Shown here piece by piece: positions 1-14,600 of a stretch of DNA of 64,000 nt (the first letter of the stretch is position 1; every line of letters starts with the position of its first letter). The DNA comes from Antedon mediterranea. Its lineage: Eukaryota; Animalia; Echinodermata. The stretch covers positions 9,228,201 to 9,292,200 of the forward strand of contig NC_092670.1 of assembly GCF_964355755.1 (NCBI RefSeq). Reading direction: 5' to 3'. The notes under the pieces are model-generated. The model was not told where the DNA came from, made no database searches, and worked only from the letters and a program-made list of their open reading frames with translations. A program made the translations under genes and the position numbers.

Positions 1-115
1 ATGTCCACAACAATCCAGACACAGAGACTACTATAAAAGTGGCAGTTACATCATCAAGACCTGCCAAGAAAAATGAAAGACTTAAAAACAGAGTATTCAT
101 CATAACAAACGAGAG
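1..115 (+). CDS. PTPRN2: Coding exon of an IA-2/phogrin-like receptor PTP (5' end at or before the window edge); start of the SEA-like ectodomain
   Basis: Frame from nt 3 is open: VHNNPDTETTIKVAVTSSRPAKKNERLKNRVFIITNE+AG. It ends at a strong donor GAG|gtaagt (116), phase 2. RVFIIT aligns with the IA-2 SEA first strand (YGYIVT). An upstream dibasic KK resembles the IA-2 pro-domain processing site. Confidence 0.8.
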
Positions 116-410
116 GTAAGTTTACCACCTACATTTTGTATTGGTACGCTATTTTTGTGGTACTAAACAGATTTGTTGAATGTGATGGGATTATGTATAT
201 AGTCAGGCTCAAACTACTAGAACTTGTTGGCAATTCTCACCAATGTACATCATGCTATGTTTTGGAAAGTTCCTGAATATTCATTGTTTATATTTAAGAT
301 TCAAGAAAATTTATTTGTCCACTTAAACAGAAATTGAAATTCACTTTGCTTGCTTTGCATCATAACACCAATAAAAATAAAATAAAATATATGCAACAAA
401 TAGCTAAAAC

Positions 411-760
411 ACTGATGATGATTACTGCCTCTCCGCTGAAAATTCTGCCAACATTTCTGCTTGGGCTGCTCCGTATATCTCTTTTACCAATTTCTTCCAA
501 TCGGGTCTTTCATTGGCTAGTTGTTTAAGTTGTTTGATGTCTTTCTTGGTTTTCAAATGTCTGGGATACTTGATGTTTGTGTTCTGCTTATAAATGGTGA
601 GTAGGTCGTTGCTGAGAGTTATTGGTAGGGTGGTACTCGGTCTTCCTCAAAATTTTGTATTGGTAGTGTTGATGAAATAATAGCTTATTAGCTGTGTTAG
701 CTGGTGTACATGGGTCTTGTCTGAGTATGTGACCCAATAGTCTCCATTTTGTGTTCACAA
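411..760 (-). mobile_element. 3' fragment of an RTE-like non-LTR retrotransposon
   Basis: Minus strand translates KWRLLGHILRQDPCTPANTA...GRPSTTLPITLSNDL...LANERPDWKKLV, with a frameshift and a stop. This matches the W..GH..R / GRP C-terminal motif of RTE-clade ORFs. A short (ATC)n tail is present. Confidence 0.7.
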
Positions 761-1359
761 TTTTAAGAATAAATAAGGTAAAATGTTAAAATATTGTCAA
801 AAATGATTAGAATTCATAAAAAAAATCAGAAAATGTACAGATAGATGCTGATACCTAATATTAAATATCGCCCTCTTGTGTCTGGATGTAATTGTTTAAA
901 ATGCTAGTGCCCTCAATGGTTTGGTCATACTTTATACAGTATTATAAAGTCATCCGATATTTAATTTTTCCAAGTTTGGACCACCCTCTTCTAATGTAAA
1001 CTAATATCAAACAATATAATATTCAAAATTGTACACTGAATGTTGTACTGTATTGATTTGACTCCGACAGAAAAAAAAACAGAAATAATTTTCAGTGAGC
1101 AGATGTTTTGTAAATGGAAAAATTACCGGATTATAATTCTACATGTAAACCTCATAACATGAAATATTATGAAACGATTTAATTGAAATTAGCAATTTGT
1201 GATGCATAGATTTCAAATTCTGTAAGCTCTGTGTAAGCCATGAATGCTTGCCACTACACGAAATGTGTTTTCAATTTAAAAATCTCTTATTATGATTATT
1301 GATAAGATATAAATTGCTATTTTTATTATTTTCTCTGCAAAGTCTTGTAATTTATATAA

Positions 1360-2070
1360 TCTTCTTCTCGTAGCCATTTTTCATTTTCAGGGTCACCATA
1401 TCAAATAATGTATTTCATTTTCTCTATATTATTTCTTTTCACGCACATTTTTAACTTTTTGTTTTTTACTTTTGCCTAAGAAACCTATCTATCCATTAAT
1501 TTCTAAAAACATTTAATTAATTTCAGAAGTCATCATTTGCATTTCTTTCTAGATTCCTCCTTCCCTGAACTCCTCTTCTTTTACTTCTAAAAATTCATCT
1601 TCAGCAAGTTTCTAATAACTTTTATAACATTCAATATATATTATATAGCAAATAAATATCTTCAGATAGTTTCCTTTTCAGAAGTCTTCCATAGCAAATC
1701 ATTATCTTAAATCCCTGGTCATTCAATATTTTCCTTTTTCACCAAACCAATTACTGTTTCCATCTCTTTCCAATTCTATTTGTTTCCTCCATCCTCCTTT
1801 TCCTCCTTTATATGATCCATTACACACTTTCTTTACTTACTCATTACTCTCTCTCATATCTTCTTCCCATAATATTCATAACCTCCACTTCTGTCCTTTC
1901 CACCACATGAAACATTTTTCTTTCATCTCTCCCTGCACTGGCTGCATCTTCTTTCTCTGTGTGACAAATCCATCATCAGAAAGTTTCCATTGATCATCTT
2001 TTGGCTATTTCCCATCCAGAAGCTCTCTAGATCAAATCTTTGGTATTTCTTTTTTTACTTCTTCCAAACA
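1360..2070 (-). mobile_element. Highly decayed purine-rich segment, probably a retroelement coding remnant
   Basis: Strong strand skew (A/G-rich on minus), interrupted Lys/Glu/Trp-rich pseudo-reading frames. No family-defining motif could be confirmed. Confidence 0.3.
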
Positions 2071-3096
2071 GCATCCAAGAATCTTTCAATTTGTCAACAT
2101 CAATGTCGCCCTCTATATTTAGATATTTTTAATTATGCAGAGAATCAAAGTACAGTAAAATAATCAATGATACTGAGTACTATAATCAGTAACTTATTTG
2201 CTATTTTGTATCCAAATGAGTTTTACAATATACAAAGTACTACACTAATCAAAGATGTCCAAATGTTAATGTATTGAAAATCTGAGTTTATTTCTATGCG
2301 GAAATTAAAATTATTAATATTTTATAATCATTCATTCTTAATTTTAGCCAAAGGTAAAATACCGTCTATAAAAAAAAAATCAACAGAACAACTGACTACG
2401 AATGATGATTCATATTCTAGTAAAAACATATAAAGAATGAAATTTCTATATCTGTACATTTTTGTATGTCAAATTCTTCACCTAGTAAATGAATACAATT
2501 GCATGGAATTCTACAAATGCTTCATTTAGAGTAATACCGTATCTTATTATATTACAGTATGTATTATATTAAAAAATGATAGGAATTTCATCATAATATC
2601 GACTTGAGTAAATAAACTAAATGTCCATAGCTAAATGCTTATAGCTTGTCTCAGACCCAAACATGTAATTTACATTTTACAAAGTAAAAATAACTTTTAA
2701 TAGCTTTAGTAATGTAAGACAATGTAATGATTACACAGTCAGAGGAGGTGAACAAATAGACAAAAAGCTTTCTTCTTAATTATCTTAAATACGATACTTG
2801 TGGTATCATTTCTTTAGATTATAAAACGCTAATAATATTTACCAAGAAGAAAGAGACTCACTCTATGTTACTCTTAGCAAACTGTTTAACAAGTTTGTTT
2901 TTTTTATCTAGCCTAGAGTATCAGTTACGTGACAATGATAATAATTTTTGTAATTATGTACTACTTATGGAAAAGATAAAAACAACCTTTTAATGTATTT
3001 TTTTTTCATTTATTTTATATAATTATTAATTTTTATAGAATTATAAAATTTAATTTTAATCAATAGTAAATTCTATTTTTCTATTCATATCTACAG

Positions 3097-3180
3097 TTTA
3101 GCAGAACATGATGGAGAAAGGGTTGTTGAACAACTTAGCAATATGTTGAATCTACCAGAGGATGCATTTACAGATATAAG
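3097..3180 (+). CDS. PTPRN2: Coding exon (84 nt, phase 2-2) of the IA-2/phogrin SEA-like domain
   Basis: Acceptor ttttctattcatatctacag|, donor AAG|gtgagt. In frame with the previous exon: (S)LAEHDGERVVEQLSNMLNLPEDAFTDI, comparable to human IA-2 LSLAAGVKLLEILAEHVHMSSGSFINI. Confidence 0.85.
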
Positions 3181-3783
3181 GTGAGTTAAAATTCTAGAGG
3201 GTGTGCACATATGACTCTCGGAATAGCTACTGTAATAATATATCAGTTTAACTAGAGCCTCATTTTCTTATTTTCCACTACAAGAGCAAATGGTTTTTCA
3301 TTCAGATCACGTCTATCTTGAGCTGTTTGGTTCACGAGAGTCCTTATGAACCTTTTCATTTTGCGCAAAAAATGGTACCATCATTACCATAACCTTGAAC
3401 CACACTCTACTAAAATGTTATAATAAATAGCATACAGTAGGCCTGGATATGGTAATCATTTATTTATCTACCCTATAAATTATGCATAATTTATCATGTT
3501 GTAATTTTTAATTATGTCTATAATGGTAAATAACTAACCTATACAAACAATAATGTTATAAATAGCATAGGCCTAACATTGTGGTAACCATACAAAGTTA
3601 CTTCAGTGAATCTGGAAGAAGAGACTATGAAACGAATCCATTTTGGTTAAAGTATGCTTGTGTTACAACTTACTGACGAAGTTGTAAGATTCCGATTAAA
3701 AACCTTTCAATATTTTGTAACCAAATATTCAAAAATACCGTAGGATAATTATTATTAAATCTATGTTTTGTGGAATATCTGAA

Positions 3784-3930
3784 ACAGGGTACGTATTTAC
3801 AATGGTTATTACAGATTTCGCAGTGTGTCTGCCTATCTCAAAATTGCGCATATGCAGATTGTTTGTAAACACTATAGAACCTCTATTTTCCAACTCTCCA
3901 TTAATTTCCGCACTTCATATTTTGTGCAAA
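3784..3930. repeat. Dispersed repeat copy (related copy at about 28050-28150)
   Basis: Shared blocks cagggtacgtattta...acaatggtt...gcctatctcaaaattg are present at both loci. Confidence 0.5.
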
Positions 3931-4489
3931 TAAAGATTTCAATAATAATTATTTTTAAAAGCTCTTTCATGCACCATTAATTATAAATTTTACATCATAC
4001 CTGTAAATAATTAAATTAATATTTTCACTTCGACCAAAGTGTATTGTTAATCAATTAATCAGTGTTTTTTATAATAATTTCCATAATCATTCTTTTATAA
4101 TAGATTAGAAATTTACATTAACCTTTCAAATTGGAAATTTCTTTCTCAAAAAATATATTTTTCCCTTCAATTTTTTGTTGAATTTAAGATTTTAATGTTT
4201 GTTTTATTGATTTTCCACACACAAATAAATACAATCACATGATAATATAATATAGTATACGATGACTGAAACAACAAAATTAGGATAAGGTGGTGTATGG
4301 ATGGAGGAGGCCAAAATAAATTTGTTAAAAAAACTTTAAGTCATAGCCACTGGTTAAAATTAAAATAAGTTTAAATGGTGGTGGTTGAAAAATATAGCAG
4401 ATTACATACGTCACAGGCAGTCTGATTTAACAAAGAGTTTAAAGAATCAAAGACATACTGCATCATTGAAACAATTGTACATATTAGTT

Positions 4490-4670
4490 ATTCACTTTGA
4501 CCAAAAATTGCCATAAAAAAATAGTCAAATTGTCTGTCAGGCAATGGTTTTTGGTTAAATTGACCATTTATCTTGTCTTTTTATTACTTTAGTGAAACAT
4601 TTTTTTTTCTTTGGAAGTGAACGTTACTTTATTGCAACTGCAAAATGACCTTTTCAAAGTCTGAATTTCC
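4490..4670. repeat. Dispersed repeat copy (related copy at about 34300-34500)
   Basis: Shared ttcactttgaccaaaaatt...ttttggttaaatt...caaaatg...ttcaaagtc blocks. Confidence 0.55.
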
Positions 4671-6597
4671 TTTTTTATGTTTTTCTAGGAGTTTAATGAT
4701 AATAATTTGTTTTTAATGTAATTATAAAGTTTTCATTGCTCAAATGTACAAAATATTATTTTTTACTTTATTTAAAATGTCTGTGACTTTTATTTAAATT
4801 TTGTTTGAAAGCATTATGTACAGTATGATGATTTTTTTATAAATGTATAATATTTGTATATTATTATTATTTATTTCATTGTTTAGATATTTAAATTTAT
4901 TATTTTTTTAATATTTACTGATATAATTATTATTTTCTGATATAATTATTATTTTATAATATTTTTTAATGATGAACATTAAAAGTAAAAAAAATGTCCT
5001 TAGATTTGTTATGATTCAACTATTGGATATCCATTTAGTAATATGCAGTATATCCTTAATACATTTGCTGCTAACTCTGAATTTTAACATTCTAAATAGT
5101 GAATGATTAATGGGATAATGATATCAGTGGTTAACGAGACAATATGGATCGCATCAGCGTGGGGTTTAAATAACAACCACCAAGTTGCATTCTATCGTTG
5201 ACTGGGGCGCCGTGTATGATGGATTATATTAACGACCTCAGATTCTTTCGTTGTTGAAAACATCTCGGCGTTGAACAGTGTTTGAAGTGCAATTTTAATA
5301 TAACCTAATGCTTTTGTACAGCAAGTCAAAATTCTCATTTCTGCTGAAGATTTAATTCTATTCAGCTGTTATCTTATGTTGCTTTGAAATGGTTTTAGCT
5401 TTTACGATTGAAGAACAAAATCTTTTTCTAATACATCTTGCTCTTTTTTTTAAATTTTTATATAATTTAATTGTGTTTATTCTACTGCTGTAGAATTATA
5501 TTCTATTAAAACATAACATTCATTTTTTTTTGTATTTTGAATAATAAATTATAGCAGAATTATATTCTATAAAAATTATAGAATTATTAGTTATTAGTGA
5601 TTATATAGTTTTTATGTATTTTTATGAAAAATAAGTATTTTAAAATAAATATAATTTTGAAGACATTTATTCTTTTCCTGGAGAATAAATTGGCCATACA
5701 AAATTAGTTATTTTATATTAATTATTATTTATATATTAAATAATATAGGAATATTATAACAGTATGATTAATATAGTAATTTAATATTTTGTATTCCAAA
5801 ATGTTAATTAATTTTGCCTCATAATTAATCAATTAAATTTTTTTCATTTAGAGAATTTTTTTTCTGTAGTTGGGATGAAACAATCTATGCATTTAAGTTT
5901 AACTTATAAAATGGTGTTGTGACTTGGTGGTTAATGCTTGCCTAAATATCTCAAGGTCTTATGTCCAAATCCTGTTTGATCTTGTTAAAAAAGCTATCCT
6001 TAGCAAGCTAGTACAGTATACCATTCTATTGTATATTTTAGTTTTAAATTGTCATTTTAAAGATGCTAATTACATGGTACCATAAATTTTCTTTGAAATG
6101 GTAACAAAAATGTTTTTTTTTATTCATATTATCATTTTTCTGTATAATATATTATATCAAATTACTTAAATTTATCATTTTAATTTATTATAGTGTTCTG
6201 TATTGCATCATTTGTGATGCACTATATACAGTTGGGACTAATAGGTCAATTTATTATAATTACTAATACATTATTCTCAGCAGCATTATGTGAATATGTT
6301 TCAAATAGCTATAAATGAGGTGTGATATTTTTTATTGATTACATCAGGTTGGATATGTCGCCCTCAGTCATCCATTCACGTTCAAAGCGAAGTGTCTGAA
6401 TTAAATCTACTAAATGATGCATTAAAGTCATCACATTTTTCTTTTTTTAATTACTACGATATATATTTTGGAAATATATTAATTTTCATTCATTCATCAT
6501 ATGGCTTTAAATATTACTTATTCTAAAGATGACATTATTTTATATTTCCACATCTGTGACAATACTCCCCACCCCCATACAACATTTACAATTTCAG

Positions 6598-6680
6598 TAA
6601 AGCTCTGTCTACATTATCAAACTTTATGTGACAAAAAAATGTGATGTGCCCATATCACATTGGGCACATCAAAGTCTAAT
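6598..6680. mobile_element. Fragment of a palindromic PIF/Harbinger-like MITE family (other copies at 31712-31830 and 32400-32455)
   Basis: Terminus aagctctgtctacactatcaaac and internal gtgatgtgcccata...tgggcacatca recur three times in the window. Confidence 0.6.
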
Positions 6681-8214
6681 ATAGTTAGTGTTTCATAATC
6701 ATGTACATTTTTTAAAGAAACAAGCTGCTAAAAACCGATAGATTGGACATAGACATATGGAAATAATGTAAAATTTGGTAGTGCACGTTAATGAATAAAG
6801 TAACGTTCACATCATGATCGAAGTCTATTAGCTTTAATTACACATTAAGTCATCACGCATCAGCGATTTCAACATTAACTGATTATGTTAGCACATTTAC
6901 AAACATTAATTGTGTTGTATAAAATCATCAGCCAATCTGTACATAAAATCTCATAATAATATTACGAATATTTTTCTGAAATTTTCGCGCCAATACTAGC
7001 ATTGTACTAGCTGTTTATTATTTTGCTCACTAACTCTGTCGGTTTGTGTATCAAGTGTCTTCATATGTTTATGGATGGTGGGCTGTTGCGGACAGATGAA
7101 TTCCCCCCCCCCCCCCACTTCCCCATCTTCTATGGTAAAGAATTATACTCTCACTTTTCTCCTCCTTCACCAGAGAAGAAGGAAACTTCCAACGATATAT
7201 GCAAATTTTAATCCAACGATATATGCAAATTTTAATCCATTTTAACTGATACATTTATTTTAAATGCTTGCCCTTTATGTGGTTTAATGCCTATTTTCAG
7301 CAATAAATGACAGTCGCAGCCATCTCCGTAAAGGTTGGGAAATAGATATTTGACCTTTGACACCAATATCTGGACCACTTAGCGTCACAACCTTTTCCGA
7401 TTACACTTATCAATCATGTGTACATGTCTAACAGCACAAAACTAACATTCAAATCTTGTGAAATCAATAATAATAACGGCATGTTTGCCAATAACAATTC
7501 TAATATAACTTTCTTCCGCTTCTTTATGTAATCTAATTATGAATAATTATTATTAATTATATTTGATTTTCTAAATTAATTTTTTTAACATATAATTAAT
7601 CCATTATGAATAAAGAATACATGTTAATATAATTTAAATTTAAATTATTATTATTATAGTAAAATGTTTGTATAAAATAATTTATTCTTTTTAATAAAAA
7701 ATATTTATTCATGATTATATTCGAACTCATCCTTGTCAATATTATTACAACAATCTCCTTTTTGAAAATTCTTTTCGAACGTCTAGTCTATTTAAATTTG
7801 TTCCAGTTTCTGTTGTTCATAATTGTTTGCTCGCAAAAGAAACAGTTATTTTAAATACAGTCTAATCAGGAGATTTCTTTTCTCTTCTCATAATCTAAGA
7901 ATGAAATATGAATTTAAAATAGCTTACTCGAGATTGACGTTTCATTCATACTTTGGACAAGGCTATGTATGTTCATATGCATACAATAATATATAATAAT
8001 AATATATATAATATAATAATATAAAATATGTGCCAAATTAAATTGTTTTCAATATGTTATAACAAATATTTAGATTATATTGAATTTTATTTATAGAGAT
8101 TTAAAATACAAAACGGAAATTGCGTTTTTTGATTACAGGTTAAAATATGACCATGCACGAACAACCTATCTTCTTTGTACTATATTAGCAGTTGTCATCC
8201 ATATTAAATATGAC

Positions 8215-8495
8215 AACTTGGTCCAGCTTGGTTGACTTCCAATTTCAGAGTCATGGGTTCAAATCATGTCGAGTCAAGGTTTTTTCATGACTCAAATGCC
8301 AGAAAGCTTATAAATAGCTTGATGATTAAATTTTTAGTTTTTCTGTCATGTGGTTAAACATTCAGAATGTGTATGAGATTTTTATCTTGACACAAAAGCT
8401 TAAGTGATAAAATCTTGGTATAGATAACTGAGTGGAATAATGATTGACGTTCAGTCTCAGAATACTGGGTTCAAATCTTGTATAAGTTACAATTT
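8215..8495 (+). mobile_element. Two adjacent decayed tRNA-derived SINE heads
   Basis: Two B-box-like GGGTTCAAATC motifs (about 8256 and about 8467), each preceded by an A-box-like sequence at tRNA-like spacing. Confidence 0.45.
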
Positions 8496-10671
8496 TCATA
8501 ATTTCACAATTTTTTAGCAATAACTTGACTTTCAGTCTCGCAATACTAAATGTTTTTCTCATGCAATGCAGAGAGGCATCTTGTGTTTATTGTAGATTAT
8601 AAAATACATGATTTTGAATATCATGGTTGTTAGTTAAAATCCTCTGTGTCTTGTTTTTCTTAATATAAATCTTTTTGTTGTGTTATATATAAGTAATGAC
8701 GGCATATTTTTGTTCAGCATGTTTTAGTTTAATAATAAAAGTTTTTTAGAAGACAGATTTTCTTAATATTTCTATTAATTACATGCATCGTTATTGTACA
8801 TTATAAGCCTCCACATCTACATACGTTGACCTTTTATCCTACGCTGAAGATTTCTTGTGTTATTGAAAGTAAATCTGTGTGAATACATTTCACTTAAAAG
8901 ATTGACAAAGTCCGAGCAACGTCTAATGATAGTAGGGTTGTCACGGATACGTGATTACGCTTTGAGTGGTTACTCATCCGTTGTTATGTTTAGCTAAATG
9001 CAGGGCCACGTAGTCTTGCTTGCGTACACTTCTACAGTTTGTTCATTTATCATTGAAATGCGTAATAACTTTGCATCTAGCTATGTAAACAAAGCTGAAA
9101 CTGTACTACTTAACCAAAATACATCTAGGTATATCACGTTTAACATACTGTATACCATTTAAAATTCTCAATTTAAAGTATTTCAATTTTCTTCTGTGGA
9201 GATGATCTTTTTAAGTCTAAAATATGATTTTAATTTATTATATGATATATAACAGTATGCCATTTTGAAATTATGGTGCCTTTTTTGTTTTTTTATAAAT
9301 AATTTTTGTTTCTCATAAATTTTCTCACTTTCATCTCATTTTATTAGATCAGATTAGATCGATTAAATCAATTTCTATATATTTTGTTAAATTTTTTGGT
9401 TTAAAATCCACAAAAGAATCTTAGTAATTAATACGAATAGGAACATATATCCGGTTCTAACTTTAAAATCTGTCGCTTTAAATTATTTCCACAAATTTAA
9501 CCTTATTTACATATGAAAATCGTTTGTTTAAATAACCTGAAATCTATATCCCATATGTTGCTTCCCATTCTTTCACAATTTCATCTCAGATATCACGTTT
9601 CACATATTTTAAGACTTAAATTTTCAAGTTCATAAATATTTGCATATATGTAATTCTGATGTATTGTAAAGTAGCAAGAATATTCACATTAAACATCTTT
9701 TTATCCCAGGAGTAATATTTACGTATTTTACATTTTTATTGCTTTTGTTATTTTTCTGTGTCAGTGTTTTTACAATGAATAATGATGATCTAGTTGTTTA
9801 GGGAATTAAAATTTAGATTTTTAACTGGATATTAAGTAAATATAACCAAGGTAGAGCCTATAATAGTATATTGTTTGTCATTGTTCAACATCTGCTACAT
9901 GAGAGCATGTCAATCTACAGTATACACTTTTTTTTTACTACAGTATATAATATCATAGAAGTGGAATCAGCAATAGGCATTGGTTTGTACATATTTTGCT
10001 AGTAATTTTTTTAGTAAATTTTTAATAGGACTATTCATTAATTTATAATTTTATATTATTTTAAAATGTAGTTCTTAGATTTTTTTCTGGTTAAATGTAG
10101 GAATTAAAACTTTAGGCCTTTATGTATGGGTTTTTTTTAAATAATTTTGTTAATTTGTTAGAAATAAGTTCCTCGATCATCTGAGCCATGAGGCGACAAA
10201 GGTCTCCATTCAGCTCTGTCAGCAGTGCAGCAACTCTTTCACTATAGTTCTTCTCTGTCTTTTTCTGACGGCCAACATGCACCACTCTATGTGGCCTCAA
10301 ATCAGACTTGGTTTTTAATAGCATAGGTTTCGTATTTAATTGTCATGAAAGATAGTTGGCACAGTGGTTAGAAACAATTTCATTCGGATCCTAATACTAA
10401 CAATGTTTAGTGTTTTTGATCTTTTGAGTGTAAATCTGGACACCAACCATCCACTTTAGAACTTTAGATTATAAGCAGCCCATAGATATTATAAGCGCTA
10501 GAGGGAAGTAAACACGATGCTTTCTACTGAAAAATTTTTAGTGTAGAAAATATAATTTACAGTATTTTTGTATATAACCAAAAGTTTTTGTAGATTCATT
10601 TATTGTGAGTAACAATAATATATTTATATTACATTTTATGCTGGCAAGAAAATAGTGGTGTGTGTTTGTAT

Positions 10672-10960
10672 AGCCCCTTTCTCACAGAGCTGAGTGCCAG
10701 GAATATTGCGGGAATATACCATTACCATGCCGGTATGGTTTTCTGTGAGAACGGGTCGTCTTGGCATCATGCCGGCACCATGCCGGCATCGACATGACCT
10801 GCTTTAGACCTAGTAATATTCTAGGGATATTCCCTGCAATGCCAGACGGGCATTCTGTGAGAACGTAACGCCGTTATATTCCGGGGTTCCCTGTCGAGGC
10901 TTCAGACACCTTGCGCGGTCAAGTGTATCACTTTGGCGCCGATTCAATTCAATTAACAAT
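10672..10960. mobile_element. GC-rich terminal fragment of a PIF/Harbinger-like DNA transposon or MITE
   Basis: Starts gcccctttctcacag, with internal inverted copies ctgtgagaacg (10743, 10856) and the palindromic atgccggcaccatgccggcat. The second TIR was not found. Confidence 0.55.
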
Positions 10961-11689
10961 AATTATTTTGAACTGGAGGGATAATGAGATAAGAGAGCTG
11001 CTTAAAATAATTTAAGGGGACAAGAAGAAATTTGTAGCATAATCTATAGCAGGCCTAGGCCATATAGCTCTTTGTTGGTGCCTAACTAGCCTGACCCTTC
11101 GTCGCCTTGTAAATTGTACAGCCTTCTAAGGTGTTTTACAGATTGCCGACTGACGGCTAATTAATTGTGACAGAGCAGGTTTTAAAACTGCATATTTATT
11201 GAACAACTGCAATATCTTTTCAAGTTGAATTTGTTTAAGCTTTTTATTCCATTATGTTCGCAATCTAGCCATTGTCTATAACATCCTTGTAGCTCTGATC
11301 AACATCAGAACATTTTTTTTTACCTGTAAGGCATTAGATAATATGTTTATTGAGTTGTTGTCACAGAATAATGATGGAAATTAATTAGTTTATGATTATT
11401 TTTGATAACCTATATTACAAATGCATAATAATATACTTTATATGCTCATATGCCATAATTAAGGATATATTTTAGTTGATTAATATATTGGTAATGGTGT
11501 ATTAATTATTATAAACAAGTCGTAAATTATTTTAATTATACATAGATTGTGTATTTATGAATGAATGAATGGTTCTATTTTCAGCATGTATAGTATGTAC
11601 TTGAAAAGATGTATAGATAGGCAATCAATGAGTGAATATGTAAATAATATAAAATGATTGTTGAGGGAATTAAGAAGAGTGTAAACTAA

Positions 11690-14600
11690 ACTAAATTAAA
11701 ATGGTAATGAATGGATAAAGGAACTAAATTTAAATATTAATAAATATTATGTAAATGAATAAAACTAAATTAGAATATCAAATGGATATGTAAATGAATG
11801 ATCTAAATTAGAATATCAAATGTATAATATGTAAATGAATGAAACTAAATTTGAATATATCAAATAAAATGTAAATGTATGAAACTAAATTAGAATATAT
11901 CAAACGGATATGTAAATGAATGATCTAAATTAGAATATCAAATGAATATGTAAATGAATAAAACTAAATTAGAATATCAAATGGATATGTAAATGAATGA
12001 AACTAAATTAGAATATCAAATGGATATGTAAATGAATGAAACTAAATTAGAATATCAAATGTATATGTAAATGAACGAAACTAAATTAGAATATCAAATG
12101 GATATGTAAATGAATGAAACTAAATTAGAATATCAAATGAATATGTAAATGAATGAAACTAAATTAGAATATCAAATGGATATGTAAATGAATGAAACTA
12201 AATTAGAATATCAAATGAATATGTAAATGAATTTGAATATCACTGAATATGAATATCACTGAATATGTAATGCATGAATAAATAAAACAATTAACTTAAC
12301 CTACAGAGTAGGACTAAATTAGAACATCAATCAAAATATGCAAATAAATGAATTTAAACTAAATTAAAATATATCAAATGTATATGTATGTAAATGAATG
12401 AAACTAAATTAAAATATATCAAATGTATATGTAAATGAATGAAACTAAATTAGAATATCAAATGAATATGTAATGAATGAACGAAACTAAATTAGAATAT
12501 CAAACGGATATGTAAATGAATGAAACTAAATTAGAAAATCAAATGGATATGTAAATGAATGAAACTAAATTAGAATATCAAATGGATATGTAAATGAACG
12601 AAACTAAATTAGAATATATCAAACGGATATGTAAATGAATGATCTAAATTAGAAAATCAAATGGATATGTAAATGAATGAAACTAAATTAGAATATATCA
12701 AACGGATATGTAAATGAATGATCTAAATTAGAATATCAAATGGATATGTAAATGAACGAAACTAAATTAGAATATATCAAACGGATATGTAAATGAATGA
12801 TCAAAATTAGAAAATCAAATGGATATGTAAATGAATGAAACTAAATTAGAATATATCAAACGGATATGTAAATGAATGAAACTAAATTAGAATATCAAAT
12901 GGATATGTAAATGAACGAAACTAAATTAGAATATCAAATGGATATGTAAATGAATGAAACTAAATTAGAATATCAAATGAATATGTAAATGAATAAAACT
13001 AAATTAGAAAATCAAATGGATATGTGAATGAACGAAACTAAATTAGAATATATCAAACGGATATGTAAATGAATGATCTAAATTAGAATATCAAATGAAT
13101 ATGTAAATGAATAAAACTAAATTAGAATATCAAATGAATATGTAAATGAATAAAACTAAATTAGAATATCAAATGAATATGTAAATGAATAAAACTAAAT
13201 TAGAATATCAAATGTATATGTAAATGAATAAAACTAAATTAGAATATCAAATGAATATGTAATGAATGAACGAAACTAAATTAGAATATCAAACGGATAT
13301 GTAAATGAATGAAACTAAATTAGAAAATCAAATGGATATGTAAATGAATGAAACTAAATTAGAATATCAAATGGATATGTAAATGAATGAAACTAAATTA
13401 GAATATCAAATGAATATGTAAATGAATGAAACTAAATTAGAATATCAAATGGATATGTAAATGAATGAAACTAAATTAGAATATCAAATGAATATGTAAA
13501 TGAATTTGAATATCACTGAATATGAATATTACTGAATATGTAATGCATGTATAAATAAAACAATTAACTTAACCTACAGAGTAGGACTAAATTAGAACAT
13601 CAATCAAAATATGCAAATAAATGAATTTAAACTAAATTAAAATATATCAAATGTATATGTATGTAAATGAATGAAACTAAATTAAAATATATCAAATGTA
13701 TATGTAAATGAATGAAACTAAATTAGAATATCAAATGAATATGTAATGAATGAACGAAACTAAATTAGAATATCAAACGGATATGTAAATGAATGAAACT
13801 AAATTAGAAAATCAAATGGATATGTAAATGAATGAAACTAAATTAGAATATCAAATGGATATGTAAATGAACGAAACTAAATTAGAATATATCAAACGGA
13901 TATGTAAATGAATGATCTAAATTAGAAAATCAAATGGATATGTAAATGAATGAAACTAAATTAGAATATATCAAACGGATATGTAAATGAATGATCTAAA
14001 TTAGAATATCAAATGGATATGTAAATGAACGAAACTAAATTAGAATATATCAAACGGATATGTAAATGAATGATCAAAATTAGAAAATCAAATGGATATG
14101 TAAATGAATGAAACTAAATTAGAATATATCAAACGGATATGTAAATGAATGAAACTAAATTAGAATATCAAATGGATATGTAAATGAACGAAACTAAATT
14201 AGAATATCAAATGGATATGTAAATGAATGAAACTAAATTAGAATATCAAATGAATATGTAAATGAATAAAACTAAATTAGAAAATCAAATGGATATGTGA
14301 ATGAACGAAACTAAATTAGAATATATCAAACGGATATGTAAATGAATGATCTAAATTAGAATATCAAATGAATATGTAAATGAATAAAACTAAATTAGAA
14401 TATCAAATGAATATGTAAATGAATAAAACTAAATTAGAATATCAAATGAATATGTAAATGAATAAAACTAAATTAGAATATCAAATGTATATGTAAATGA
14501 ATAAAACTAAATTAGAATATCAAATGAATATGTAATGAATGAACGAAACTAAATTAGAATATCAAACGGATATGTAAATGAATGAAACTAAATTAGAAAA

